From contig CM035359.1 in assembly GCA_020137815.1 (NCBI GenBank), positions 7,254,001 to 7,318,000 of the forward strand: a stretch of 64,000 bases of DNA, read 5' to 3'. Numbering within the stretch: position 1 is the first letter of the stretch; each line of letters begins with the position of its first letter. The position numbers and the translations under genes are program-made. Shown piece after piece: positions 52,501 to 64,000 of the stretch. A model generated the notes under the pieces. It saw only the letters and a list, made by a program, of their open reading frames with translations. It had not been told where the DNA came from and ran no database searches. The DNA is from Hormiphora californensis (Eukaryota; Animalia; Ctenophora).

Positions 52501-55284
52501 TCGGTTCGGTGGAAAAAAACCCGGTTCGGTCGTTTCCTGCTAATTGCTAAATACCCACACATCTCTCTAGAACTTCGCTAACCTACCTCCCAAGTCCCAA
52601 TATACCTAGACCCAAAAAGGGCAGTACATTGGGCACGTTGCGCCCCCCCCCCTATGAGCGCGCCCAAAGGGCGATCCCCTACGTAACGGGGTTGGGCCGT
52701 TACACCTAGATCTGATCTAGACTCTAACTCAATACATATCTCTCTAGAAAGAAGAATAACAGGGAATATCAGAACTGTACACCTCTCTCTCTAGACTCTA
52801 ACTCAATACATATCTCTCTAGAAAGAAGAATAACAGGGAATATCAGAACTGTACACCTCTCTCTCTAGACTCTAACTCAATACATATCTCTCTAGAAAGA
52901 AGAATAACAGGGAATATCAGAACTGTACACGTCTCTCTCTAGACTCTAACTCAATACATCTCGATCTAGAAAGAAGAATAACAGGGAATATCAGAACTCT
53001 AACTGAATACATATCTCTCTAGAAAGAAGAATAACAGGGAATATCAGAACTGGGTCCAGATCAATAAGAAAGGATATTGGGATGATACCTACTGCAGCAA
53101 GAAACTCCCATACCTGTGCGAGTACTGTGGTAAGTAGACTGAAAACTGAATTTACATCAGGATGCATTCAAGAGACAATGGTCTTATTTCATTTTATGGG
53201 GGAACAATACACAACTTGTATCAATTACTAACTCCTTCAATCCTATGTCAGGTAAGTACATTGTCCTCTCTAAGCACGTTACCTGGGACAAGGCTAACGC
53301 ACATTGTCAGGATCTTGGACTTGAGTTTGCTGTGGTAAGTCCAAGTAGTAGTGTGTGTAATGTAGCTGTATTACATGTGTCTTTTGTCTAGTCTTCTTGC
53401 TACTTAAATAGGGTTGCGTTGTGTATAATTCTAACCCAGGGATGCTTAACCACACATTGAGAGTTGGAGATGCAGTAGAATTGAGTCTAGACCTCACCAA
53501 TAAGAGGGTGTGGTCATATCTGGGCCCCTTTGTTCAGTCCAGCTTCCAATAGGCCCCGGGGGAACTGACTTCTTTTAGCACCTCATCAGGCATACAACAA
53601 TGTAAAAGCTTACTAAGTAGTTAAGGGACTATTCTCCTTTGTGACGTGAGACACAGCCCTCATCCGAAGTGGTAAAATTAATATTCCATGACGTCATGTT
53701 TTAACTACTAGCCCCCTAACTACTAATATTTCCCTTTGCACGTGCAGGTTAACTCTAAATCTGACAACGAGGAGCTACTCTTCGCTGCCAGGGTTTCACT
53801 CGGAGAGGAGCTGGGAGGACGACGATTTAACAACTCCAACTGGGTAAATGTGATGATTAGTTAGTCAATAATTAGTTTATCAGGAAAAGTTGACAAGGAA
53901 GCAGTGTCCTGAGATTTCCTGGAACACCATGTTGTCATCACACTTCACCCAAAGAGCACAGATCTCCAGTTTCCTAAAATCCAGACCTGTCACAACCTAT
54001 CACACACGTCTTGTATAATATGCCGTGTTAGCATAATTCTTTTGCATCTCAATATCATATACGTCTGTTTAAACAACTAGGCCTTGTTTATTTTGAAGAG
54101 GCCCAATACATTTAAAATGGTCGCTTTACTTTTCAATGTGTACAACAGAGAGTCCAGTGCTTTATTATTAAGGACAGCCCGCATGAAGTAACGGCCGGAA
54201 GTTGTGAAAAGTGATAGGAAGAGAGATGAAAAGAGAGCGAGGGAAAAAGATAGAGCTAAACGTGTCCAATCTGAGTCTCATGAAAAAATGTGGAGCTGGA
54301 TGAGCCCAGCTACTATACACGACTGGGCCAGCTGGTGCGATCTAGATGGAATTATTAAATCTAGTGAGGGGGATGCTACAATTTCTCTAACTGGTCATTA
54401 GGGCAGCTCTAAGTTATTAGCATCCCCTCCCTACCCACATTACTACAAGCCCATACCAATATATTCAAAAATTCAGTGTGACATGGTATGCAAGAAGTTC
54501 CAGTTCTGAAACATCTTCAAAACATCCCAAACCTAACTCACGGTACCCCACACCATATTTTAACTTTCAACCTGTTTTCGACGTTTTCCCACACGAATTA
54601 CAACACACTCAATCTTGTTACCCAGGTTTGGATTGGTACCCAGGAGATAATGGATGAGACGTCAGGTAATGGAACAGGTGTCTGGCAACACTGGAATGGA
54701 GACTCCCTGGACTTCAGTCCTAGTTGGGACTACAAAGTACAACCTGACAACTGGGTACTCCCCAACAAGGGCGGTAAGTGCCAACAACCACATAGCAACC
54801 ACACGATAAACACTTAGCTGATAACAACCACATAGCAACCACATAGTAACCACATAGTTACCACGTAGTAACCACATAGCAACCACATAACAACCACATA
54901 ACAACCACATAGTAACCACATAGCAACCACATAACAACCACATATCAACCACATATTAACCACATAGGAACCACATAGCAACCACATAGCAACCACATAA
55001 CAACCACATAGTAACCACATAACAACCACATAACAACCACATATCAACCACATAGGAACCACATAGTAACCACATAGCAACCACATAGCAACCACATATC
55101 AACCACATAACAACCACATAGCAACCAGATTTAACGACAACAGCTAACTAGTTCACCCCCGCCAGAACAAAATGTGGTTGGATTCTCTCGAAAGGACGGA
55201 AAGTGGGACGACAGTTTCAAGTTCAGAAAGAGGCCATTCGCGTGTCAGTGCCCACACAGGGGTTGCTCATACAGTGCAGTGTAA
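49536..55284 (+). CDS. Tandem (two-domain) C-type lectin; 5' exons unresolved
   Basis: Exons 49536-49625 (CRYILFKQPLEYHDALDAC), 50380-50465, 50568-50657 (WALIGL), 50773-50867 (YTKWHKGFPD), 53023-53129 (WDDTYCSKKLPYLCEYC), 53252-53334 (TWDKANAHC), 53748-53843, 54626-54773 (VWIG..QPDN) and 55166-55284 (WDDSF..PFACQC). Confidence 0.8.
51179..52539. mobile_element. Non-autonomous hAT-like element in a lectin intron
   Basis: TIR caggaagcgaccgaa / ttcggtcgtttcctg, imperfect 8-bp TSD ctaaatac/ctaattgc, subterminal (ttcgg)n arrays and internal inverted blocks. Confidence 0.8.
52717..53051 (+). repeat. 74-bp tandem repeat containing a splice acceptor and the first ~30 nt of a lectin exon (5 copies)
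   Basis: ctctaactcaatacatatctctctag|aaagaagaataacagggaatatcagaact, with AGs ending at 52747, 52821, 52895, 52969 and 53022. Confidence 0.9.
54822..55127. repeat. 11-bp minisatellite (aaccacatagc)n in a lectin intron
   Basis: Directly visible. Confidence 0.9.
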
Positions 55285-56344
55285 TTAACTCGCCAATTAA
55301 TTATGTGATTGTGACATTAGCCAGTGTTCCAGACTTTGTGAGATATAAAAATGCATGAACTGCTGTAGATTTGTTGTTTTCTTTTGCTGATCACATCTTG
55401 CTTTTTAATCCATTTCTCTCCTGTCTAGATGGTAACTAAGTCTTCTGTTCAAGACAATAAAGTACATCATTCTAAAAAAATGTTCAATTTGAAATAGTTT
55501 AAAATAGTTCATTCACACAGAATGTTAACACAAAATCTTCAGTCTCTCTCACTGCTACTATAACAGACAGGGTCAATACAGACAGGTCTCTCTCTCACCG
55601 TGGTGAAATAGACAGGGCAAACACAGACATGACAGTAACGAGAGGAGGTGTGTCAAAAAGTTCATTCCTTGCACGTGAGATGCAAAATAGAAAAATGTTT
55701 CTTGGAATTGAGTGATATTATGTAATGCTGAAAGATTGTTCGACGGGGTGACCGTGTTGAAAAAATACCGAAAAGATGAAAGGCGAAAAGATTTTATCAC
55801 GGGCGGTGAGTCGATCAGAAATTAGAAATGTGTATGTGAATTTTGGCAGAGCTGGAAATATGTTTTGGTATGTAATTGAATAAGGGACCTGTTAGTGAAG
55901 AAAATCAAATGTTCGTAACATGCTAGGACAGCACAATCAGGGTTTCAAAAAGAGGGGTTATTTGATTAAGAAAAAGATGCTTATTTAAACTCAACTCATT
56001 TTATCGTTTGTCCATGCCTGAGGTTAGAAAGGTATGGCATTGCTGGTCACGAGGCCGGTTCCTCTCTCTCGTTCTTGTAGTGTAGTAGTCTGAGAGATGG
56101 GTACCAGGTAGAACAAGAAGTACGTGATATGATTTGTGGGGTCGTGACCACAATTTCCCACAAATTTAAAGATGATATGTTAATGGTCATTGTTCTGTTT
56201 TCAGAACCTTAAAATATCACTCTACCACGGCCCAAGTATTATTGTGACAGCTACCAAGAAGAGTCTACACACAGAATCTAACTACTAACACTTGAGAAGT
56301 AGACTCCTTTAAAGGTTGCCAGTTTCATCTTCCCTAACTAAACT

Positions 56345-57520
56345 CTAACTACTAACACTTGAGAAGTAGACTCCTTTAAAGGTTGCCAGTTTCATCTTCC
56401 CGTTCATGCTCTTCCTCCTTACCCACACTCCAAACTTCTTCATCCTGTAGTAGTACAGTACGGGGTTGAGGGACGCATTCAGGACGGTCAGGAAGATCTT
56501 GGCAATCAGCCAGCTGTAATGTGTCATAAAGATCCCTTTGAAGAAGGGGCCAGGGTACCGATACCCCAGGGCTCGTGTCAGAGAGTTTAGGACCATAACG
56601 GTAAAGAAAGGGAGGTTACAGAACAGGAACATTCCCGTGAAAATAGCCACCGTTATTGAGGCTTTCTTGTTTCTTTCTGATTGAAAAAGGTTCGGGCATG
56701 GTTGTGCTAACTTGGAGCAGCAGATTACAAAACTGAAGAATGATATGATGGATGGTATGCCCAGCTCCACAGTGGTGAGCGTCTTTACAAAGGTGACCCA
56801 GAACTTGTAGCCCTTGTTTACACCATTCTTCCCGCCTCCAGCTAGGGGCGAGTCAACACAAAACGGTCCTACCGAGAGATATTTGTAGTATTTGGGGTTT
56901 GCCATCGTCGCATCTACTGCAATAAGGGCTAGAATAAACACGCCCAGAGCAATGAGAATAGATTTCTCGTGGACTCTTCGGAAGGGGTACACAATCAGAC
57001 TGGTCCTGTAAACACTCATCAGCATCACGAGGAATATTGAAATTTTCTGAAGGAACCTGAAGGCTAATGTCCAACCTGCACATACTATCAGACTGGCAAA
57101 CAGTCCTGGCTTCCTGGCAATAAAGAGGCTGACAGCAATGGGGAAGTGGGATATCGAGGTAAATATGTCGACCACACAGATTATTACATAGAGGGTGTTG
57201 GCAAAGTCTCGTTTCCTCTTTAAAAAGTACCGGATGGCAATGGCGTTCCCTGGGACACCAACAAAAAAGCAACAAACCAACCCCACCCCGATCAGTCCAT
57301 CCCAGATGGGTGCTGAGGATAGGGGCATTGGGGCCATCAGGACGTGAGCAGGGAACCCTGTCATCTCCTCCTCCTCCTCCTCCCCTCCCGGTGGAGGTTC
57401 AGGTTGGAATTCAGGGATGGAGGAGAAGTTGTAGGATGGTTGGTGGGGAGCATGTGTTGTACTGGATACCCACTCCCTGGTCATGATGTGGTTCGGAGAA
57501 GAACTCGTGAGATTCATCAT
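56345..57520 (-). CDS. Intronless rhodopsin-class (class A) GPCR, orphan, 391 aa
   Basis: Seven hydrophobic segments: GVPGN (TM1), LYVIICVVD (TM2), MSVYRT (DRY position), FCNLPFF (TM6), NASLNPVLYY (TM7). Confidence 0.92.
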   Translation of the reverse strand: MMNLTSSSPNHIMTREWVSSTTHAPHQPSYNFSSIPEFQPEPPPGGEEEEEEMTGFPAHVLMAPMPLSSAPIWDGLIGVGLVCCFFVGVPGNAIAIRYFLKRKRDFANTLYVIICVVDIFTSISHFPIAVSLFIARKPGLFASLIVCAGWTLAFRFLQKISIFLVMLMSVYRTSLIVYPFRRVHEKSILIALGVFILALIAVDATMANPKYYKYLSVGPFCVDSPLAGGGKNGVNKGYKFWVTFVKTLTTVELGIPSIISFFSFVICCSKLAQPCPNLFQSERNKKASITVAIFTGMFLFCNLPFFTVMVLNSLTRALGYRYPGPFFKGIFMTHYSWLIAKIFLTVLNASLNPVLYYYRMKKFGVWVRRKSMNGKMKLATFKGVYFSSVSS

Positions 57521-59752
57521 GGCGCGGTCTAGAGGGAGTTATTATAGGTTGCTAGGGGGATTTAGGTTGCTAGGGGAGATTTAGTATTTACAGATTTAGG
57601 TTGTTAGAAGGAACACAAGACATATTAACTCAAGAAAAGCAAGAAAAGCAAGAACATGAGGAGGGGGATATTAAAATATCATTATATATTAGAACACGTG
57701 CATTGCATTCAAAACAGCAGGCGTGATGCAGGGCATGGTACCAACTAGCATGCCATATAATAAACTATAAAGTTCTAACTTCTAGCTAGAAATAACTAGA
57801 AATAACTAGAAATAACTAGAAATAACTAGAAAGAATGCCAAATGACAAAACATAACATAAGGATCTGAATATATAAAGGTTCAAAATATGTTGAAAGGAG
57901 CTGTAATGAAATAAGGGTAAAACAGGAACGGGAGAGAGCAGAGTGGGAGGCATAATGACTGTACAGCACAAAGATAGCACCGGAGAGAAAACTAGGGAGC
58001 TGGGAGGGAGAAAAACGAGGGAGCTGAAAAGAGGGAGAGAACTGAGAAAACTGAAAAGAGGGGGGATATAAAGATAAAACATATGGGAACACGAAGTGCT
58101 ACGTTAGGCTGTCTGTCACTCCCTAGGTTACACGGTCACACCTCCACTGCTCAGGAGGATGTCAGTTTACCGGATAGAAGTACTATTATAGTGCAGTTAT
58201 AATGGGTTTCATTCAGTGTCCCCCTCAATTACTCCCTGATCAACTCCAATTATATAGCTGGGATTCTTCAATCTTTATTGCTGGTACCTATACAGGTATA
58301 CAGGTATAACATATATATCGTAACAATAAAGCATTTATATTGGAGGAATTAGGGAATATATATTCCTTGTTGGTTGACACTTGACATGTTGCAATTGCAT
58401 CATGTTGGAGCCTAAAACTGGGCACACTTAGAAGAAAGTGACACCTTTCACTTAGAGCATGCTTTGAGACCAACTGCCTGTCTCAGCGATAGTATTAATA
58501 CATTTAGCAGGAATGAGAAGTAGATCTATATGCATGTTGTTAGTGTTGAGCGGGTTAAATCAATGACTAATTGGAGCCGGATGTTAAGATTGGGTCGCTT
58601 TACAATGTGTATCATGGTGACACTCATAACCTTGATTTTGTCATTCTACACAGTACACACTGCAGTTCAGAGAGGGTGGCCTTTGTGAGACATAACCTTG
58701 ATGGCAGCTATATTAGCTAATGCTTCAGTGCCATATCCAAGTAGCAAGGAAGAACTGATGAAGGTGTGAACATCTTCCCTCTCTCTCTCTTTCCAGCTGA
58801 GTATCCGATAATTTAGGAGAATTTTCACCTTCAGAAGGGCTTCCCTACATGACAGTGCACGTGAAATTGAATATATAATCAGCCCTTGTTCGACCCTCTC
58901 TCTTCGCCCCAAAACAAGCAGCAAAACAAGATCGTATATAAACATTGCAGGTACTGCGATCATGTAGGCGGCGACACTGGGCTATGCTGTTGTGATACCT
59001 CAAATTATTCTCAATAATATTGCTAGAACAGACAAATTGGATGTTACCCTGGAGGAAATGCCAAAATTGAGACCCCCCTCAGCAAGTTTATAATATATTT
59101 TGCACAATTTCATTTTTATACAGGTATTTCAGAAGCCATATAAAAGTCAATTATAAATCCACAAATTTGTTGACAACTTTATGGATGGTTGTGTTGAGAC
59201 TTGATGTTCCTGAACAACTGTTCTGAACAACTATGTTATCACAACTATTCGTGGACTGTGGTATACTAGTGCTTACTATCTAGATCTGGTATAACAATAG
59301 ATAGAATAGAAACTGAACAACAACCCGCCCTTTTCTAGCTGGCTGTCAACAGGAGCCGCGTGTTGATAAGGGCTAGCAAAAATGCAGCATACAGATGACA
59401 ATAATCATTTCCCTCAACTCTATCGCTCTCTATCTTTCGCTCTCTATCGCTCTCTATCTATCATTCTCTATCTACATATCACTCTCTATTTATCTATCAC
59501 TCTCTTTATCGTTCCTCCCTCTCAAGCTCATTCCTCTCAAAAATTCCAGCTCAACACTGGATCAGCATGGACTTCATGAATCTAGGACCTTTCATAATAT
59601 ATATGATTATCCGAGTAGCGGTAAATTTCATGTTTTTACAAAGGACCAGGTCGTGGAAGAGGTGAAATTAAATCGACATATAGCATACTGATTACCATCG
59701 CATATACCCCCATACCCACAAGGACGAATTGAGATGGGAGAGGAAGTGAGTA

Positions 59753-59876
<124 letters not shown>

Positions 59877-61759
59877 GATTATAGGGTTAGATCAAAGGTA
59901 ACTTATAAGGCACCCTGTGACCAGGATCATGCCAGATAGGATTGGGAGATGTGCATTGTGCAATGTAACCGTGTGAGTCTATACTAATACGATATCCAGG
60001 GACTAAATCCTACTGAATTCAAAGAGCTAAAAGGACACAGGTTGGCCGTTGGGTATATAACATTTAGCCTAATGTTTAGGACTCTGTGAAGCGACTCTAA
60101 ATCATATTTAAGGCAGATCCTCTCTCACATACCAGGTTTAGATCTTAAGGGCTAAGGCTCGGTGAATTGTTGTCGAGTAAGGGGTGACTCAACAAGTGAA
60201 TTGAGTTTGCAAGCTAAATCTCATCACAAAATGAAATCCTAATAAGACTTTGTGGTTAAGATTTGTATTTATACCCGTGTCTACGTATCATGCCAATCGG
60301 TTAGATGAACTCTGACAAGTAAGACGAGGTCTCAATCGTGTTTATATCCTTACAAAGCCGCATATCGTCTGAAACTTGTAAGGATACCCATCCTAGATGT
60401 ATCCTGTGATTCTACAAGAAAGGGATCAGATCGGGAAGTCGGACAATTGTTTTTCTCTAAAGAATTCCCTCATTTCGAGTATAATTCACTAAAAAGAAGG
60501 AACAAAAGGATCGGTTCACTTTCAGTTCAATGTTAATAAATCATCTAAGATTAATTCGGATTATATTCTGCAATAGATGTATAATACTCCAGTTAACTTA
60601 ATTTGGTCAAATTACCAAGTTATCAGATGATCAATGAGCAGTATCAGTTCTACAGTTAGCATGCTAGAATGAGTTGTTGAGCAAGAATGAGAGTTAAAAA
60701 GATGCACAAAAGAAGCAGCAACACATGTTGTGGGAAACTGGCCCATTTGAGGGATATATAATAATGTAGTCGAACAAATGGAGGAAGCAGAAGACAAATC
60801 TTTTTGAGTCAAGTGGAATATGGAGTATGAAGTGTGGTAAAAAAGTCCATTATTCTCATGCATGCAGATTCACCAAGAGTTTACTAAAACTTCCAGCTCT
60901 AGCCTGGTGAATTTGAAGCGAAAATGGCGTACAGAAGCTACATCATATTCATTGGGGAATTTTATAGTCTGAACTATAAATCTGTGCTCAGAGAATTCAG
61001 CTTGAAAACTGAGATTTTTGTCGGTAAAAAATCACATCAGTTTCAGGCCTATAATAATTATTTGCTTCTAGGAAGTTATTATCTTCCAGGTTTTATCAAG
61101 ACACCTGCACCAGATACATTAATGCAGCAAGTACCGACATGTCAGCTGCGTAGATAGATAAATACACACGTGAGGGGGAAATGATACTACGCAGTGGATC
61201 CCACTATTATAGTATGGGATTTAGTTGCTAGTGGACACTGTCGACTCAGATAATCATGCAAAGGAACTGCCCCGAATAAATTGTGAGGTACAATCAAGTC
61301 CCATAACAGTATAATTTACTGCTCATATAAAATGCAGAAAGGAATTCAAATTATCTGATAAAACAGATGTTGTGTTTGATAAAGCCCCCGTAATTTGTCC
61401 AGAATACGTTATTATGTATTTCATAGCCCTTAATATTCTTAAGAGCCGCGACAAAAAAGTATTTCAGCCCTACTAAAGATCCTTTAGATTGAGATTTACG
61501 AACAAAAAGGTGGCTAGCCAGGGTATTACTAAGTAGTCGAGACTTTGAGAATCTTTTAAATAAAGTATTCAAGAATCGAACTAAAAGCATTATTACTCCA
61601 CCCCGTTCCGTTAAAGTCTGATTTCCCTCTTGAGTAGTTTCAGTTTCTGTAACGGCGGGCTGGTTCAGAATAACATGAGTAGCATCATTATCAGGAAATA
61701 AAAAGGATAGATCCCTTCTCAGATAATGTTGTGACAACAAGAATATTCAACCGCAAGAG

Positions 61760-61898
61760 TGGCCCTGCTGCAGCAGGACAGATGTTGCATGGCCCTGCTG
61801 CAGCAGGAGAGAGAGATTATGGATGGCCCTGCTGCAGCAGGAGAGAGATTATGGATGGCCCTGCTGCAGCAGGAGAGAGAGATTATGGATGGCCCTGC
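61760..61898. repeat. ~33-35-bp minisatellite, ~4-5 copies
   Basis: (tggccctgctgcagcaggagagagattatgga)n. Confidence 0.85.
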
Positions 61899-64000
61899 CG
61901 CTGTAAGTTTCAGCCAGGACACCCCCGATACTCGGCCACGAACGAGAGAGAACTACAAACAAATTCATTACTGAGAGATACTCTAGTATACTTTATAAGT
62001 TAGAGGTACTCTAGTATACTTTATAAGAACCACATCTCTCTTCTTCCCTAAATTACCACCTCAACACCCTCACAGTTGGTGAGATGCCTCACTCCTTTAC
62101 CATGTAGATCAGAGCACAAAGCACAAAGCCGCTGCTTGTTTTACTAGTAATCTGCAGAGTGCAGAGATTGTTGTTTGGCAAACAAGCATAGCTCATATAT
62201 TTAATAGTCGAGAAATATTATTTATAATATTCTCGTCTCCAGAGGGAAACCCCGTCTGGAAAGCCATGGGTGTTCCGTGGTAGATAACATGTTGGTAAAT
62301 ACTTCGCATATAATATATTTTAGGAAAGGACTGACGTGCCTATAATATGAAACTAGCCATCTGTGAAACACGAGTAATATGAGAAATTGATGCGAAGTTG
62401 TATAGGTACATAGTTAAACAATAAGCCGGCATTGATCAGGGCTTCAAAATTACAGGTGAGATCAAAGAATCATTTTTTAAAACGTTCATTCTTCACCTAA
62501 GAGATATTCCTTTGTCAAATTCCAGGTGTCCCAACTACTAAAAGTACAATTTGGAATGTTTACCATCAGGCGGATACTATCAGCTCATGCTTCATATTTG
62601 GCTATTTTTAGGAGAGTTATTATTATCGGGGTAACAATGCTAGAGAGATATTAGATGTATAATAGAGACAGTGTTGTAAGACTGCAGTCCTGTGACCTGT
62701 TCTCCCTGTAACAAGATGAACCCTAATATAGCTAGCTCACACTGGCAGAGGGTCGCAGTGATAGAAGCCCAGAGAAGAAAAATGAGCTGTAAAAGATGGG
62801 TTGAAAATTAAATTTTCTTTCCTGTATTTTGCAAGACACGACCTTTTCTCTTCCCATTGGAATGAGTACGGCACCTACGACGGGGGGCCGGGGGGGGGGC
62901 TACGACGAATGATTTTTGAAGGATTCGGTCATTAAATCCGTCATCTTTTCCTACAAAATTAGTCAAACTCAAATGTGTTTTAAACATAGCTGTTATTTAA
63001 AGGGGGGGGGGGGGACGGAATGACACGAGTAAAAGGAAGGTAGCGAGAAATGACAACACAGCTATACCACGGGAACGTGTAATTGTAGATGTGTCAAGAG
63101 AGATCTTGAGGCGAGTGACATGTTCATTAAACAGTTTATTAAACAGTTTAGCTATGAGACACTATGAAACGAAAACTTATCAGCTGTTCTTGGTCACCTA
63201 AACAGATAAAAGCTAATAAGTATTCGTTGTGACATTTCACACAACGAAGAACCAAACTGGGAACATTATTACACATCGTTCAATCTACTACTGCATATAA
63301 CCTGAACCTGTAAATGGTTCAACATTTCTAGTGGCATATATCACACGTTCAATTGTCAACTCCAGTTTTGAATTATTAAGGCACATGAGATAGCAAATTA
63401 AAACTAAACTACAGTGGGGACTCTAGAGTGCAGTGATAATTAATATGCTGCGTCGAGGAGCTGCATGCCCTACTACTTGGAATTACATGGTGAGCGGTTA
63501 CTTTAGAAATATGAGTGAAATGTATCACAGTGTTCAATTTAGACCCCCAATATCTAGCATCTACCGACTTAACTAGGTACCACTGTCACAGCTGAACTTC
63601 AAAACTATTTTATATCCCTGCATACACATTCTAGAAATATCGTGGAAAGCTATTACTACTCAGAACCGATGTGATCGAATTATTATGTAAATTTGGGTGA
63701 CAGAAGCTATCATCAGGAAAGAACTTTCATTCTCTATAACTCTCCTAACTCCGAATTCTTCATAATATCAATCCTAAGTCCTAACTCGACGTCACATTCT
63801 CCACAAGAGGCTTGCACACAATAACACGAAACTGAATAGTGTCTGGTGGAGAACCTAAAAGTTAGGTATCTCTCAAAATCGAAACAGTGATATGATGCCT
63901 AACAGAGAATAGTTTGCAGTGTTGGTGACACAGTACACACTGACAATTTGATGATATTAATATGAACAAGTTTCACCTTAGAGTGCTCACACCAAGGTCC

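Noticed and set aside
56345-57520. GPCR as an opsin
   Set aside because: The retinal-binding Lys lies six residues before the NP of NPxxY. Here that position is Val, and the TM7 Lys is 11 residues upstream.

Overview
Intron-rich animal genomic DNA, not prokaryotic. The gene style, GPCR type and repeats suggest a non-bilaterian such as a ctenophore, but that is inference. Reading through GT-AG introns by hand gives seven host protein-coding genes: (1) a 4-exon acidic, low-complexity orphan (+, 2.8-4.8 kb); (2) a ~23-exon LIM-RapGAP-BTB-BACK fusion (+, 8.9-16.7 kb); (3) a 9-exon secreted YHYH-domain protein with Cys-flanked Arg/Asp/Gly repeats and a polybasic tail (-, 17.4-21.2 kb); (4) an SLC18B1-like MFS transporter (+, 23.7-31.8 kb); (5) a calmodulin-sized EF-hand protein (-, 32.2-33.2 kb); (6) a tandem C-type lectin (+, ~49.5-55.3 kb); (7) an intronless class A GPCR (-, 56.3-57.5 kb). 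A near-intact CR1/L2-group LINE lies at ~42.6-48.3 kb, alongside many non-autonomous DNA transposons/MITEs and micro/minisatellites. The most striking unexplained pattern is a recurrent tandem duplication anchored on splice donors, splice acceptors and stop codons, about a dozen cases in five genes. It fills introns with decoy splice sites. Exon models are manual, without transcript evidence.
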